A stretch of DNA of 64,000 nucleotides from Neocallimastix sp. 'constans' (Eukaryota). The position numbers and the translations under genes were made by a program. Shown here piece by piece: positions 1 to 8,697 of the stretch. The DNA lies in NCBI GenBank assembly GCA_050613775.1, contig JBODTK010000107.1, positions 1 through 64,000 on the forward strand, read 5' to 3'. A model generated the notes under the pieces. It saw nothing but the letters and a program-made list of their open reading frames with translations, did no database searches and had not been told where the DNA came from. The number at the start of each line of letters is the position of its first letter. The stretch's first letter is position 1.

Positions 1-1
1 C

Positions 2-493
2 TTTAATGTAAGATATAGAACTTTGTACACTAAACTTGATAAAAAGAGAAGAAAGCGCATTGGTGTACTAGATTATATTGACTCTATTCAAAATAATTAT
101 GAAGCCTGGAAGAAATTATCCCTTAAAGATGATATAAGTATGGAGAAAGCTTTCAAAATTGCCGAGAAAGTAGATAGACTTTCTGTAAGGAACAATAATA
201 TTAATACCTATAATGTTAATAATTCCCAGCATAATCAAAATAATCAAAACAGTACTACTTCAAGACTTTATCCTAAAAGAAGAAACGAAACTTTCCAAAC
301 AAGTCAAACAAATAATAAACTGAAACCTCAAGATATTATAGAAGAATCAACCCAGAAAATGAGAAATTTATCTGTTAAAACTTGCTTCTTCTGTAAGGAA
401 GAAGGTCATTACTCATACTATTGCCCTCAATTAAATAAGATTATGGAAAAAAATAAAAAAGAAATATATTCCAAAAAGTCTTTAAACTTCTAA
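2..493 (+). CDS. gag: Gag, 3' part (element A1)
   Basis: CCHC knuckle CFFCKEEGHYSYYC; identical to the C-terminal half of ORF 7610-8515. The ORF-track start at 23 is a truncation artefact. Confidence 0.93.
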   Translation, partial: FNVRYRTLYTKLDKKRRKRIGVLDYIDSIQNNYEAWKKLSLKDDISMEKAFKIAEKVDRLSVRNNNINTYNVNNSQHNQNNQNSTTSRLYPKRRNETFQTSQTNNKLKPQDIIEESTQKMRNLSVKTCFFCKEEGHYSYYCPQLNKIMEKNKKEIYSKKSLNF

Positions 494-676
494 ATGGGAG
501 CAGAAGCACTCCCAATGACAAAACAATAGCTTCATTAAATAATTTACAAAATAATACTTTTTACCAAGAATACCCCAATTGATAATAATTCCTTTAATAA
601 AGAATCTGAAGAATCTGATTTTAGTGACACAACTGAAAGTGAGGATAATATCATTATAAATGCTATAAAAAGAAAA

Positions 677-3600
677 ATGAATGATAATAACAGCGAAAAG
701 GAAGAAAATAATTCCAAGAAAGTACATAAAAGTTTAAAAGATAATCCACGTCCTTTCGCAACTCCTGCTTTAAGAAAGAAGAAAGAAAATGAGCTACATA
801 ATAAACCAAATAAAGTTTATAAAAATCAAATACTTCCTTCAATTTTAACTCAACCAAATATTAACAAAGAAAAACAAAAAGAAAAGGAATTAAGAAATAT
901 AACAAGAGTAAGAGAAAGTAAAGAAGAAAACAACAATTATTCATCAAAAGGAAAGAAAAAAGTTGAATCTGAAGATATACTTGTAATCGATAATGAAATA
1001 GAAGATATAGAAATGAATAAAGATAATCAACAAAATAAAACTAATACTTTGGAAAAATTAATTTCAACAAAAACTAAAGAAACTAATAATGAAAATACTC
1101 AGTTAGTAAAAAGGAATATCAAAATGATGAATAATAAAGAACCTTACAATATTATGGATGATTTAAATAATCTTAAATCCAGTATTACGATAGGTCAACT
1201 CTTGAATGCATGTCCGAAAATTCGTTCACAATTAACTCAAGGTTTAAAGTTAGAAAAATCTAAAATAATTGGAACTGTAGACAATGTAATAGCACGAACT
1301 TTATTAGTGAATAACTATGATCATAGCTACATAAGTAAAAGTAATGAAGTAGCCGAAGAAGACTTAGCAATGGTTGATGCAAGTGTTGACGGAGTACTAG
1401 GAAAACTTTTAATTGATTCTTGTAGTAACCTAAGCATCGTTACTAAGCAGTATTTTGATAAATTACCTGGTGAATATGAAACAGTTGGAAAAAGTCGTGG
1501 AAGAATCCAACTAGCAACACAAGATGAAGAATACTCGGAAGGAATTATTGTTCAATTACCAGTAAAAATTAATAATTATGAATTTAATGCGGACTTTAGA
1601 ATTATTGAGAAAGAAGACTCATTTTATGATATGTTAATAAACTTTAAAACTCAAATCGATCATTGTTTATTTATTCATCCGACCTTAAACAGTTTATGTA
1701 AACTTTTGTCAGAAAGTGAATACGAAGAAATAGCTAAAATAAATAATCAATATTATGATGAAGAAAGTATAATTTGCACTATTAGAAAAGTTAAAGAAAC
1801 GAATAATGAAAAGGAAATTATAAAGGAATTAACTCCAATGGAATTTATTGAGAGTGATGAATTTTTAAGTACCTTAAATAAAGATTATAAAGAACAAATT
1901 ATTAAAATTCTCAAAGAAATGATTGACATAGTTGCCACTTCAACAGAAGAACTAACTCCTTCTAAACTTTCACCACATAAGATCCGTTTGAAAGCAAATG
2001 CAAAGCCAGTAAAATTAAGAAGTTATAGGTTAACTAAATTAAAATCAGATATCTTAAAAGAAGAACTTACAAAGCTTATTAAGAAAGGATTGATAGAACC
2101 ATCCTGTTCAGAATGGTCATCTCCAGTAGTACTCATTCTAAAACACAATGGAAAGTGGCGCTTGTGTATTGACTACCGAAAAGTCAATGATATGACAGAA
2201 AAAGATTCTTATTCAGTTCCATATATAGATGAAATTTTTGATAGTCTCGGAGGATCTAAAATATTTACAACTCTTGATTTATTTTCTGGTTTTCACCAAA
2301 TCTTAATGGATGAAGAAAGCGTTGAAGTAACCACTTTCACTACTAAGTTTGGAAATTATCAATTTAAGGTTATGCCTTTTGGACTTACTGGAGCTCCCTC
2401 AACCTTCCAAAGAGAAATGAATAAAATTTTATTCCCTTTTATTGGTGAATTTGTTTATGTATTTATTGATGATGTTTTGATCTATTCAAAAAGTATCGAA
2501 GAACATTTAATTCATATTAAACAAGTATTAGAAGTATTTAAAGAAAACAAGTTAAAAATTAATATTGAAAAGTGCCATTTTCTTCAAACTGAAGTTGATG
2601 TATTAGGTCACAAACTTACTACTAAAGGATTAAGTCCCATGGAAAGTAAAATAACAGCTATTAAGAAGTGGGAAGCCCCTTCATCAATTCATGAATTAAG
2701 ATCATTTCTAGGAGCAATAGGGTATTATCGTGACTTTATCCCTAAATATGCTCAAATTACCTCACCTTTATGTAAATTATTGAAAAAGAATACTAAATAT
2801 GAATGGAATAAAGAACAACAAGAAAGCTTTGAACTCCTAAAAGAAAAATTAATCAATGCACCTATTCTAAAATTTCCGTCATTTGACAAACCTTTTATCA
2901 TTAGAACTGATGCTTCGTATAATGGAATTGGTGGAGTTCTTTTACAAAAAGAAGAAGAAACCGGTAAGGAGCATCCAATACACTTTATAAGTAGAAGTTT
3001 GAAGAAAACTGAAAAGAATTATGGTATCACAGATTTGGAAGGAACAGCTTTATTTTACTGTATGACTAAATTTAAATCTTATATTGAAGGAAATCCATTA
3101 CCTACAACTATTTACACAGATCATAAACCATTAGTTGGTTTATTTAAGAATAAAGAACCTTTGAATGCAAGGCAAACAAGATGGTGTCTAACCGCTGGTA
3201 TGCTTGGAATTAATATAAAATATGAATCAGGCAAAAAGAATGTGTTAGCTGATGCTCTTTCAAGAATGAAAAGTAAGGAAGAGAGAAAGATATTATTAAC
3301 AAAAATTACTAATGGAAATAATGAAGAATTATTATCTAAGGTTATAAAGGAATTTATTAATGAAAAGTTTACTGTTATTGATGGTGAAGATTACTTTATC
3401 GACAATGGAAATTATAGAAAATTAATAACGGACGAAAATGAAAGGTTTAAATTAATTTTAGAAGCTCATAATATTGGCCACGAAGGATATTACAAAACAT
3501 ATCAAAGACTTAAGAAAAACTTTTATTGGAATCATATGATTAAAGATATCAAAAGAATTGTTAGTAATTGTGAAAAATGCCAATTAAATCGTCCTCAACC

Positions 3601-4492
3601 ATATCCAGAACCAACCGAAAACCATCCAACTAAAGTGGAGGGTCCCTTTGTGCATTTAGGATTAGATATTATAGGACCGTTACCAAAAACAAGAAATAAT
3701 AATCAATATATTATAGTAACTGTTGATTACTTTACCAAATGGGTTGAAGCCGAACCCACTGAAAACATAACTTCCTCTGATATAATTAAATTTTTAATAA
3801 ACGTTTTTGCAAGACATGGTGTACCTCAAGTTATTACTACTGATAATGGAGTCCAATTCACTTCTGATATGACTAAAATCTTTCTTGATCTTTATGATGT
3901 ATATGTTAAATTTGTAGCTACTTACCACCCTGAATCAAATGGCCTTACTGAAAATCGAAATAAAGAAATTGGAAAATTACTCCGTTTATTAGGAAGGAAA
4001 AATCAAGATTGGGATGAAGTTTTACCTTCTGCTTTATGGGCACTTCGAACTACCAAAAATACAGCTACTGGACATTCTAGTTTTGAATTAGTATATGGAA
4101 GAGAAGACCAACAGCCTTATGATATAGCCATAAGAACAATTGAAAATGCAGGTAAATCATATGATGAAATCTTAATGGAAAAATTTGTTCGTCATTATCA
4201 ATGGACTAGAGAAGCATGCGAAAATGTGAAGAATGCTAACAAGTATTGGGCAACAAGACGAGAAGAACAAATAAGTATGAAAAAAGGAAAAGAATTAAAG
4301 GCTGGTGATCTTGTTCTTGTTAGAAACTTTAGCCGCACTAAGCTAGAACCATATTACAATGGACCATTTAAAATTTTAAAAATTCAATTCAACACGGCAA
4401 CCCTAATCGATCAGAAGACTGGAAAGCAACTCGATAGGAATGTTCACTTTAAAAATTTAGTAAAGTTTAACTCCGCTTACAGAGAAGCTTGA
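677..4492 (+). CDS. pol: Pol polyprotein PR-RT-RNaseH-IN (element A1)
   Basis: LIDSCS protease, RLCIDYR/MPFGL/FIDD RT, TDAS/TDHKPL/ADALSR RNase H, HHCC + GLDIIG/TDNG integrase, C-terminal GPF motif. Confidence 0.96.
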   Translation: MNDNNSEKEENNSKKVHKSLKDNPRPFATPALRKKKENELHNKPNKVYKNQILPSILTQPNINKEKQKEKELRNITRVRESKEENNNYSSKGKKKVESEDILVIDNEIEDIEMNKDNQQNKTNTLEKLISTKTKETNNENTQLVKRNIKMMNNKEPYNIMDDLNNLKSSITIGQLLNACPKIRSQLTQGLKLEKSKIIGTVDNVIARTLLVNNYDHSYISKSNEVAEEDLAMVDASVDGVLGKLLIDSCSNLSIVTKQYFDKLPGEYETVGKSRGRIQLATQDEEYSEGIIVQLPVKINNYEFNADFRIIEKEDSFYDMLINFKTQIDHCLFIHPTLNSLCKLLSESEYEEIAKINNQYYDEESIICTIRKVKETNNEKEIIKELTPMEFIESDEFLSTLNKDYKEQIIKILKEMIDIVATSTEELTPSKLSPHKIRLKANAKPVKLRSYRLTKLKSDILKEELTKLIKKGLIEPSCSEWSSPVVLILKHNGKWRLCIDYRKVNDMTEKDSYSVPYIDEIFDSLGGSKIFTTLDLFSGFHQILMDEESVEVTTFTTKFGNYQFKVMPFGLTGAPSTFQREMNKILFPFIGEFVYVFIDDVLIYSKSIEEHLIHIKQVLEVFKENKLKINIEKCHFLQTEVDVLGHKLTTKGLSPMESKITAIKKWEAPSSIHELRSFLGAIGYYRDFIPKYAQITSPLCKLLKKNTKYEWNKEQQESFELLKEKLINAPILKFPSFDKPFIIRTDASYNGIGGVLLQKEEETGKEHPIHFISRSLKKTEKNYGITDLEGTALFYCMTKFKSYIEGNPLPTTIYTDHKPLVGLFKNKEPLNARQTRWCLTAGMLGINIKYESGKKNVLADALSRMKSKEERKILLTKITNGNNEELLSKVIKEFINEKFTVIDGEDYFIDNGNYRKLITDENERFKLILEAHNIGHEGYYKTYQRLKKNFYWNHMIKDIKRIVSNCEKCQLNRPQPYPEPTENHPTKVEGPFVHLGLDIIGPLPKTRNNNQYIIVTVDYFTKWVEAEPTENITSSDIIKFLINVFARHGVPQVITTDNGVQFTSDMTKIFLDLYDVYVKFVATYHPESNGLTENRNKEIGKLLRLLGRKNQDWDEVLPSALWALRTTKNTATGHSSFELVYGREDQQPYDIAIRTIENAGKSYDEILMEKFVRHYQWTREACENVKNANKYWATRREEQISMKKGKELKAGDLVLVRNFSRTKLEPYYNGPFKILKIQFNTATLIDQKTGKQLDRNVHFKNLVKFNSAYREA

Positions 4493-4510
4493 GTCTTCGT
4501 CGGGGCATCT

Positions 4511-5006
4511 TGATAAGAATGTACTAAATAATGCATTCTTAATTAAATCTACGATTTATTTCTAATACATTATGTGTACATTATTATTTTTGTACTTTAA
4601 TAAATTTTTAAATCCAAAGATCAAAAATTAAATCAAAAATTATATTAAACTTTATATTTTTATATTAAATCTTATATTAATAGTAATATTTTTATATATT
4701 TAAAACTTATATTAGCAATATTAATAATAAATCTTATTTTTTTTATATTAATAATGAAAATTTATATTAATAATATTTTTATATATTGATAATTAAAAAT
4801 TTATATATTATATTTTAACTTTTTATTATAAAATTTTATATCGAAATGTTTTATTTTATATTGAAAAATATTTTATTTTATTAAAAACCTTTATATTAGA
4901 ATAGTATTTTTATTTTTATTTGAATATTTTAACAGATTGTAATAAAAATTATAGCCAATTAAATAAATTCTTATTAGTAATATTTTAGATATTTTTAAAT
5001 AAATAA

Positions 5007-5060
<54 letters not shown>

Positions 5061-5359
5061 TTTTATTAATATTATAAATGTATTTTATTTATATTGTTAT
5101 AATTAAATTTTATATAATTAATTATAAAAATCAATTTAAATTTAATAGTTTTTAAAAAAAAAAAATAAATAAAATGTAATTTAGTGGCAAGAACAACTTT
5201 TATGCCTTGAAAAAAAGTATAAATAGTTGTAAATTTTGCTACTAATTTTTAAATATCATCAAATAAAATCAAATAAATTTATAAATAAAAATAATAAATA
5301 AATAAATAAAATTTGTGTTTCCTTACTTTATTTTTATTTAATTCTCTAAAACCTTAACA
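4511..5359 (+). repeat. 3' LTR of A1
   Basis: TGATAAG...CTTAACA; direct repeat of 5364-6218 and 12532-13385, differing only in poly(A) length as far as I can read. Confidence 0.96.
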
Positions 5360-5363
5360 ACTG

Positions 5364-5859
5364 TGATAAGAATGTACTAAATAATGCATTCTTAATTAAA
5401 TCTACGATTTATTTCTAATACATTATGTGTACATTATTATTTTTGTACTTTAATAAATTTTTAAATCCAAAGATCAAAAATTAAATCAAAAATTATATTA
5501 AACTTTATATTTTTATATTAAATCTTATATTAATAGTAATATTTTTATATATTTAAAACTTATATTAGCAATATTAATAATAAATCTTATTTTTTTTATA
5601 TTAATAATGAAAATTTATATTAATAATATTTTTATATATTGATAATTAAAAATTTATATATTATATTTTAACTTTTTATTATAAAATTTTATATCGAAAT
5701 GTTTTATTTTATATTGAAAAATATTTTATTTTATTAAAAACCTTTATATTAGAATAGTATTTTTATTTTTATTTGAATATTTTAACAGATTGTAATAAAA
5801 ATTATAGCCAATTAAATAAATTCTTATTAGTAATATTTTAGATATTTTTAAATAAATAA

Positions 5860-5919
<60 letters not shown>

Positions 5920-6218
5920 TTTTATTAATATTATAAATGTATTTTATTTATATTGTTATAATTAAATTTTATATAATTAATTATAAAAATCAATTTAAAT
6001 TTAATAGTTTTTAAAAAAAAAAAATAAATAAAATGTAATTTAGTGGCAAGAACAACTTTTATGCCTTGAAAAAAAGTATAAATAGTTGTAAATTTTGCTA
6101 CTAATTTTTAAATATCATCAAATAAAATCAAATAAATTTATAAATAAAAATAATAAATAAATAAATAAAATTTGTGTTTCCTTACTTTATTTTTATTTAA
6201 TTCTCTAAAACCTTAACA
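5364..6218 (+). repeat. 5' LTR of A2
   Basis: TG..CA direct repeat followed by a PBS; TATA-like GTATAAATAG near 6076. Confidence 0.96.
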
Positions 6219-6224
6219 TTTATA

Positions 6225-6244
6225 TGGTGGAGATATCGGGGAAT
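6225..6244 (+). promoter_or_regulatory. Primer-binding site, tRNA-Ala type (A2)
   Basis: TGGTGGAGATATCGGGGAAT, complementary to a ...TCTCCACCA tRNA-Ala-like 3' end; identical in D at 33273. Confidence 0.85.
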
Positions 6245-6909
6245 TAAATAGAAATAATAGTAAATAACATAGATTTTTTTTTAATTTTTTTTTTATTTTA
6301 TATTGATAAACAAGTAAGTCGTTAATCCTTTGATTAACCCATGGCGCTTGTTTGATATATATATATAAAAAAAATTTTTTTTAAATAAGTAAAATTAAGA
6401 TTCTAAAAAAACAAATTTTGTAAAATTATAACAAGGAGCGGATAGAGCTCATACACAGTGTATTCTCAGATAGCAACAAATTAACTCTATTCATAGTAGG
6501 TTATTGAATAGTAGTTAATTTGGAGATTAATTGGAAAGTAGACGAAGGTATTTGGTTACCGACCCGGTAATAATAGTTCAACCTTCAACGTTTCAACACA
6601 CGAAGGTGCGGGTACTTTCCAAGCACTGGCGAATAAGGAGCTTACGTCACCGAAGGCGTAAGATTGTTTTTTTTATATAATTTTTTTTACTTTTCTTTGT
6701 GCTAGTTATAAGGCACTTTATTATATAAAGTATCAGACTTTGGCTAACTTCGCCATTTAAATTTTTTTTATTTTTTTTTATTACTGGTACTTTATTTGTT
6801 ATATAATTCCTGTAATAGAATCTTAATTTACTTTGAAAATATTGTGTTTTTAGTTAATTTTTATTAGTTAATAAAAATATTATTGAATACTTTTAAAATT
6901 TTTTTATTC

Positions 6910-7070
6910 CGTACATAGATTATCGGATTAAGTTTATCCTACATAGTAATTGGGCTAGTGGGCTCTGAACTGCTATATTTTATATTGAATATAGTAATCG
7001 TGGCACACGCGTGGCATGACACCATTAGGTAAGCTGCACGTCAGACAGTGTGTACTATCAGATTGTACGA
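6910..7070 (+). promoter_or_regulatory. Conserved structured RNA element in 5' leader (shared by families A and D)
   Basis: ~160-nt block closely matching 33453-33618 amid unrelated flanks; compensatory changes; palindrome CACGCGTG at 7006-7013. Confidence 0.75.
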
Positions 7071-7239
7071 CAATAAAGATTATTTTTTTGTATTTAATAA
7101 TTATAATTAATTAATAATTTTATTAGCTATAACAATACAATATTTATCGTTTAAAAAGAAAAATTTTTGAAAGGTGAAAATAATAAATAAAACTTTGCTT
7201 CTAAATTTATTACTACAAATATACTAAATTACAAAATTC

Positions 7240-7427
7240 AAGTGGTCGATAAAGATTTCGAGCTTGAAAAATATTCTATTAAGTTGTCGATAAAGATTTC
7301 GAACTTAAAATTATTCTATTAAGTTGTCGATAAAGATTTCGAACTTAAAATTATTCTTAAAAAAGTAGTCGAAAAGAACCTCGTGCTTTATAATTTCTAC
7401 TAAGTTGTCGATAAGGATTTCGAGCTT
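7240..7427 (+). repeat. Five ~40-bp hairpin-forming tandem repeats in the A2 leader
   Basis: Unit AAGTTGTCGATAAAGATTTCGAACTT plus a short AT spacer. Confidence 0.85.
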
Positions 7428-7609
7428 ATACTTACTAAAGAAAGCAAATAAAATTATTATTTTCAAAAATTACTAAGATATATTGTTTTAAAATTTGATT
7501 CGATATTAAATTACTTGTTAAATTATATTTTTAAAGTTGGACTTTCAAATTTATTCGTATTTAATAACCTCGTTAATTTACAATAAAAAAATTATTAACT
7601 AAAAACGAA

Positions 7610-8515
7610 ATGTCTACTAAAAGTACTTTAAGTTTTAAAGAATTAAAGAAAGAATTACGAGACATAGTGAAGCTTAGCAAGGACAATTTAGATATAAAGT
7701 CCTGGGCTACTGAATTAAAACTTTGGATCAAGATACAAGGTATCACAGATCCGGAAACAATATTTAATGCTTGTTTACTTACCAGCTCTGGTGAAGTACA
7801 ACGCGTTATTGAAGATTTGGGAGAAGATAGTGATGATGAAAGTGATGATTCATCAGATGAAGAAGAAGATGATGAAGAAGAAAATGTTGATGATGATAAA
7901 TTTCCTTCTCTTGAAAAAATTATTTCAAGTCTTGAAAATTTTTACGGTATTAAAGAAGACCAAAATTTACTTCTTAAAGAACTTCGTGCAATGCGAATTA
8001 AAAGAAACGAAAAGATTAAAGACTTTAATGTAAGATATAGAACTTTGTACACTAAACTTGATAAAAAGAGAAGAAAGCGCATTGGTGTACTAGATTATAT
8101 TGACTCTATTCAAAATAATTATGAAGCCTGGAAGAAATTATCCCTTAAAGATGATATAAGTATGGAGAAAGCTTTCAAAATTGCCGAGAAAGTAGATAGA
8201 CTTTCTGTAAGGAACAATAATATTAATACCTATAATGTTAATAATTCCCAGCATAATCAAAATAATCAAAACAGTACTACTTCAAGACTTTATCCTAAAA
8301 GAAGAAACGAAACTTTCCAAACAAGTCAAACAAATAATAAACTGAAACCTCAAGATATTATAGAAGAATCAACCCAGAAAATGAGAAATTTATCTGTTAA
8401 AACTTGCTTCTTCTGTAAGGAAGAAGGTCATTACTCATACTATTGCCCTCAATTAAATAAGATTATGGAAAAAAATAAAAAAGAAATATATTCCAAAAAG
8501 TCTTTAAACTTCTAA
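7610..8515 (+). CDS. gag: Gag (element A2), 301 aa
   Basis: ATG start, acidic tract, CCHC knuckle, ends just after TTTAAAC. Confidence 0.95.
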   Translation: MSTKSTLSFKELKKELRDIVKLSKDNLDIKSWATELKLWIKIQGITDPETIFNACLLTSSGEVQRVIEDLGEDSDDESDDSSDEEEDDEEENVDDDKFPSLEKIISSLENFYGIKEDQNLLLKELRAMRIKRNEKIKDFNVRYRTLYTKLDKKRRKRIGVLDYIDSIQNNYEAWKKLSLKDDISMEKAFKIAEKVDRLSVRNNNINTYNVNNSQHNQNNQNSTTSRLYPKRRNETFQTSQTNNKLKPQDIIEESTQKMRNLSVKTCFFCKEEGHYSYYCPQLNKIMEKNKKEIYSKKSLNF

Positions 8516-8555
8516 ATGGGAGCAGAAGCACTCCCAATGACAAAACAATAGCTTC
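8503..8555 (+). promoter_or_regulatory. -1 ribosomal frameshift signal (A2)
   Basis: T TTA AAC in the gag frame, stem GGGAG/CTCCC, loop GAAGC complementary to GCTTC at 8551; the -1 frame is open into pol. Confidence 0.88.
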
Positions 8556-8697
8556 ATTAAATAATTTACAAAATAATACTTTTACCAAGAATACCCCAAT
8601 TGATAATAATTCCTTTAATAAAGAATCTGAAGAATCTGATTTTAGTGACACAACTGAAAGTGAGGATAATATCATTATAAATGCTATAAAAAGAAAA

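Larger units (their letters stand above)
1..5359 (+). mobile_element. Ty3/gypsy LTR retrotransposon, family A copy 1 (5' part outside window)
   Basis: Gag C-terminus, PR-RT-RH-IN pol order, GGGG-CATCT purine tract at 4502-4510 and 3' LTR 4511-5359 (TG..CA); near-identical to 8023-13385. Confidence 0.97.

Noticed and set aside
7240..7427. CRISPR-like palindromic repeats
   Set aside because: Spacers are ~14 nt and similar to each other, and the array lies within a retrotransposon leader.
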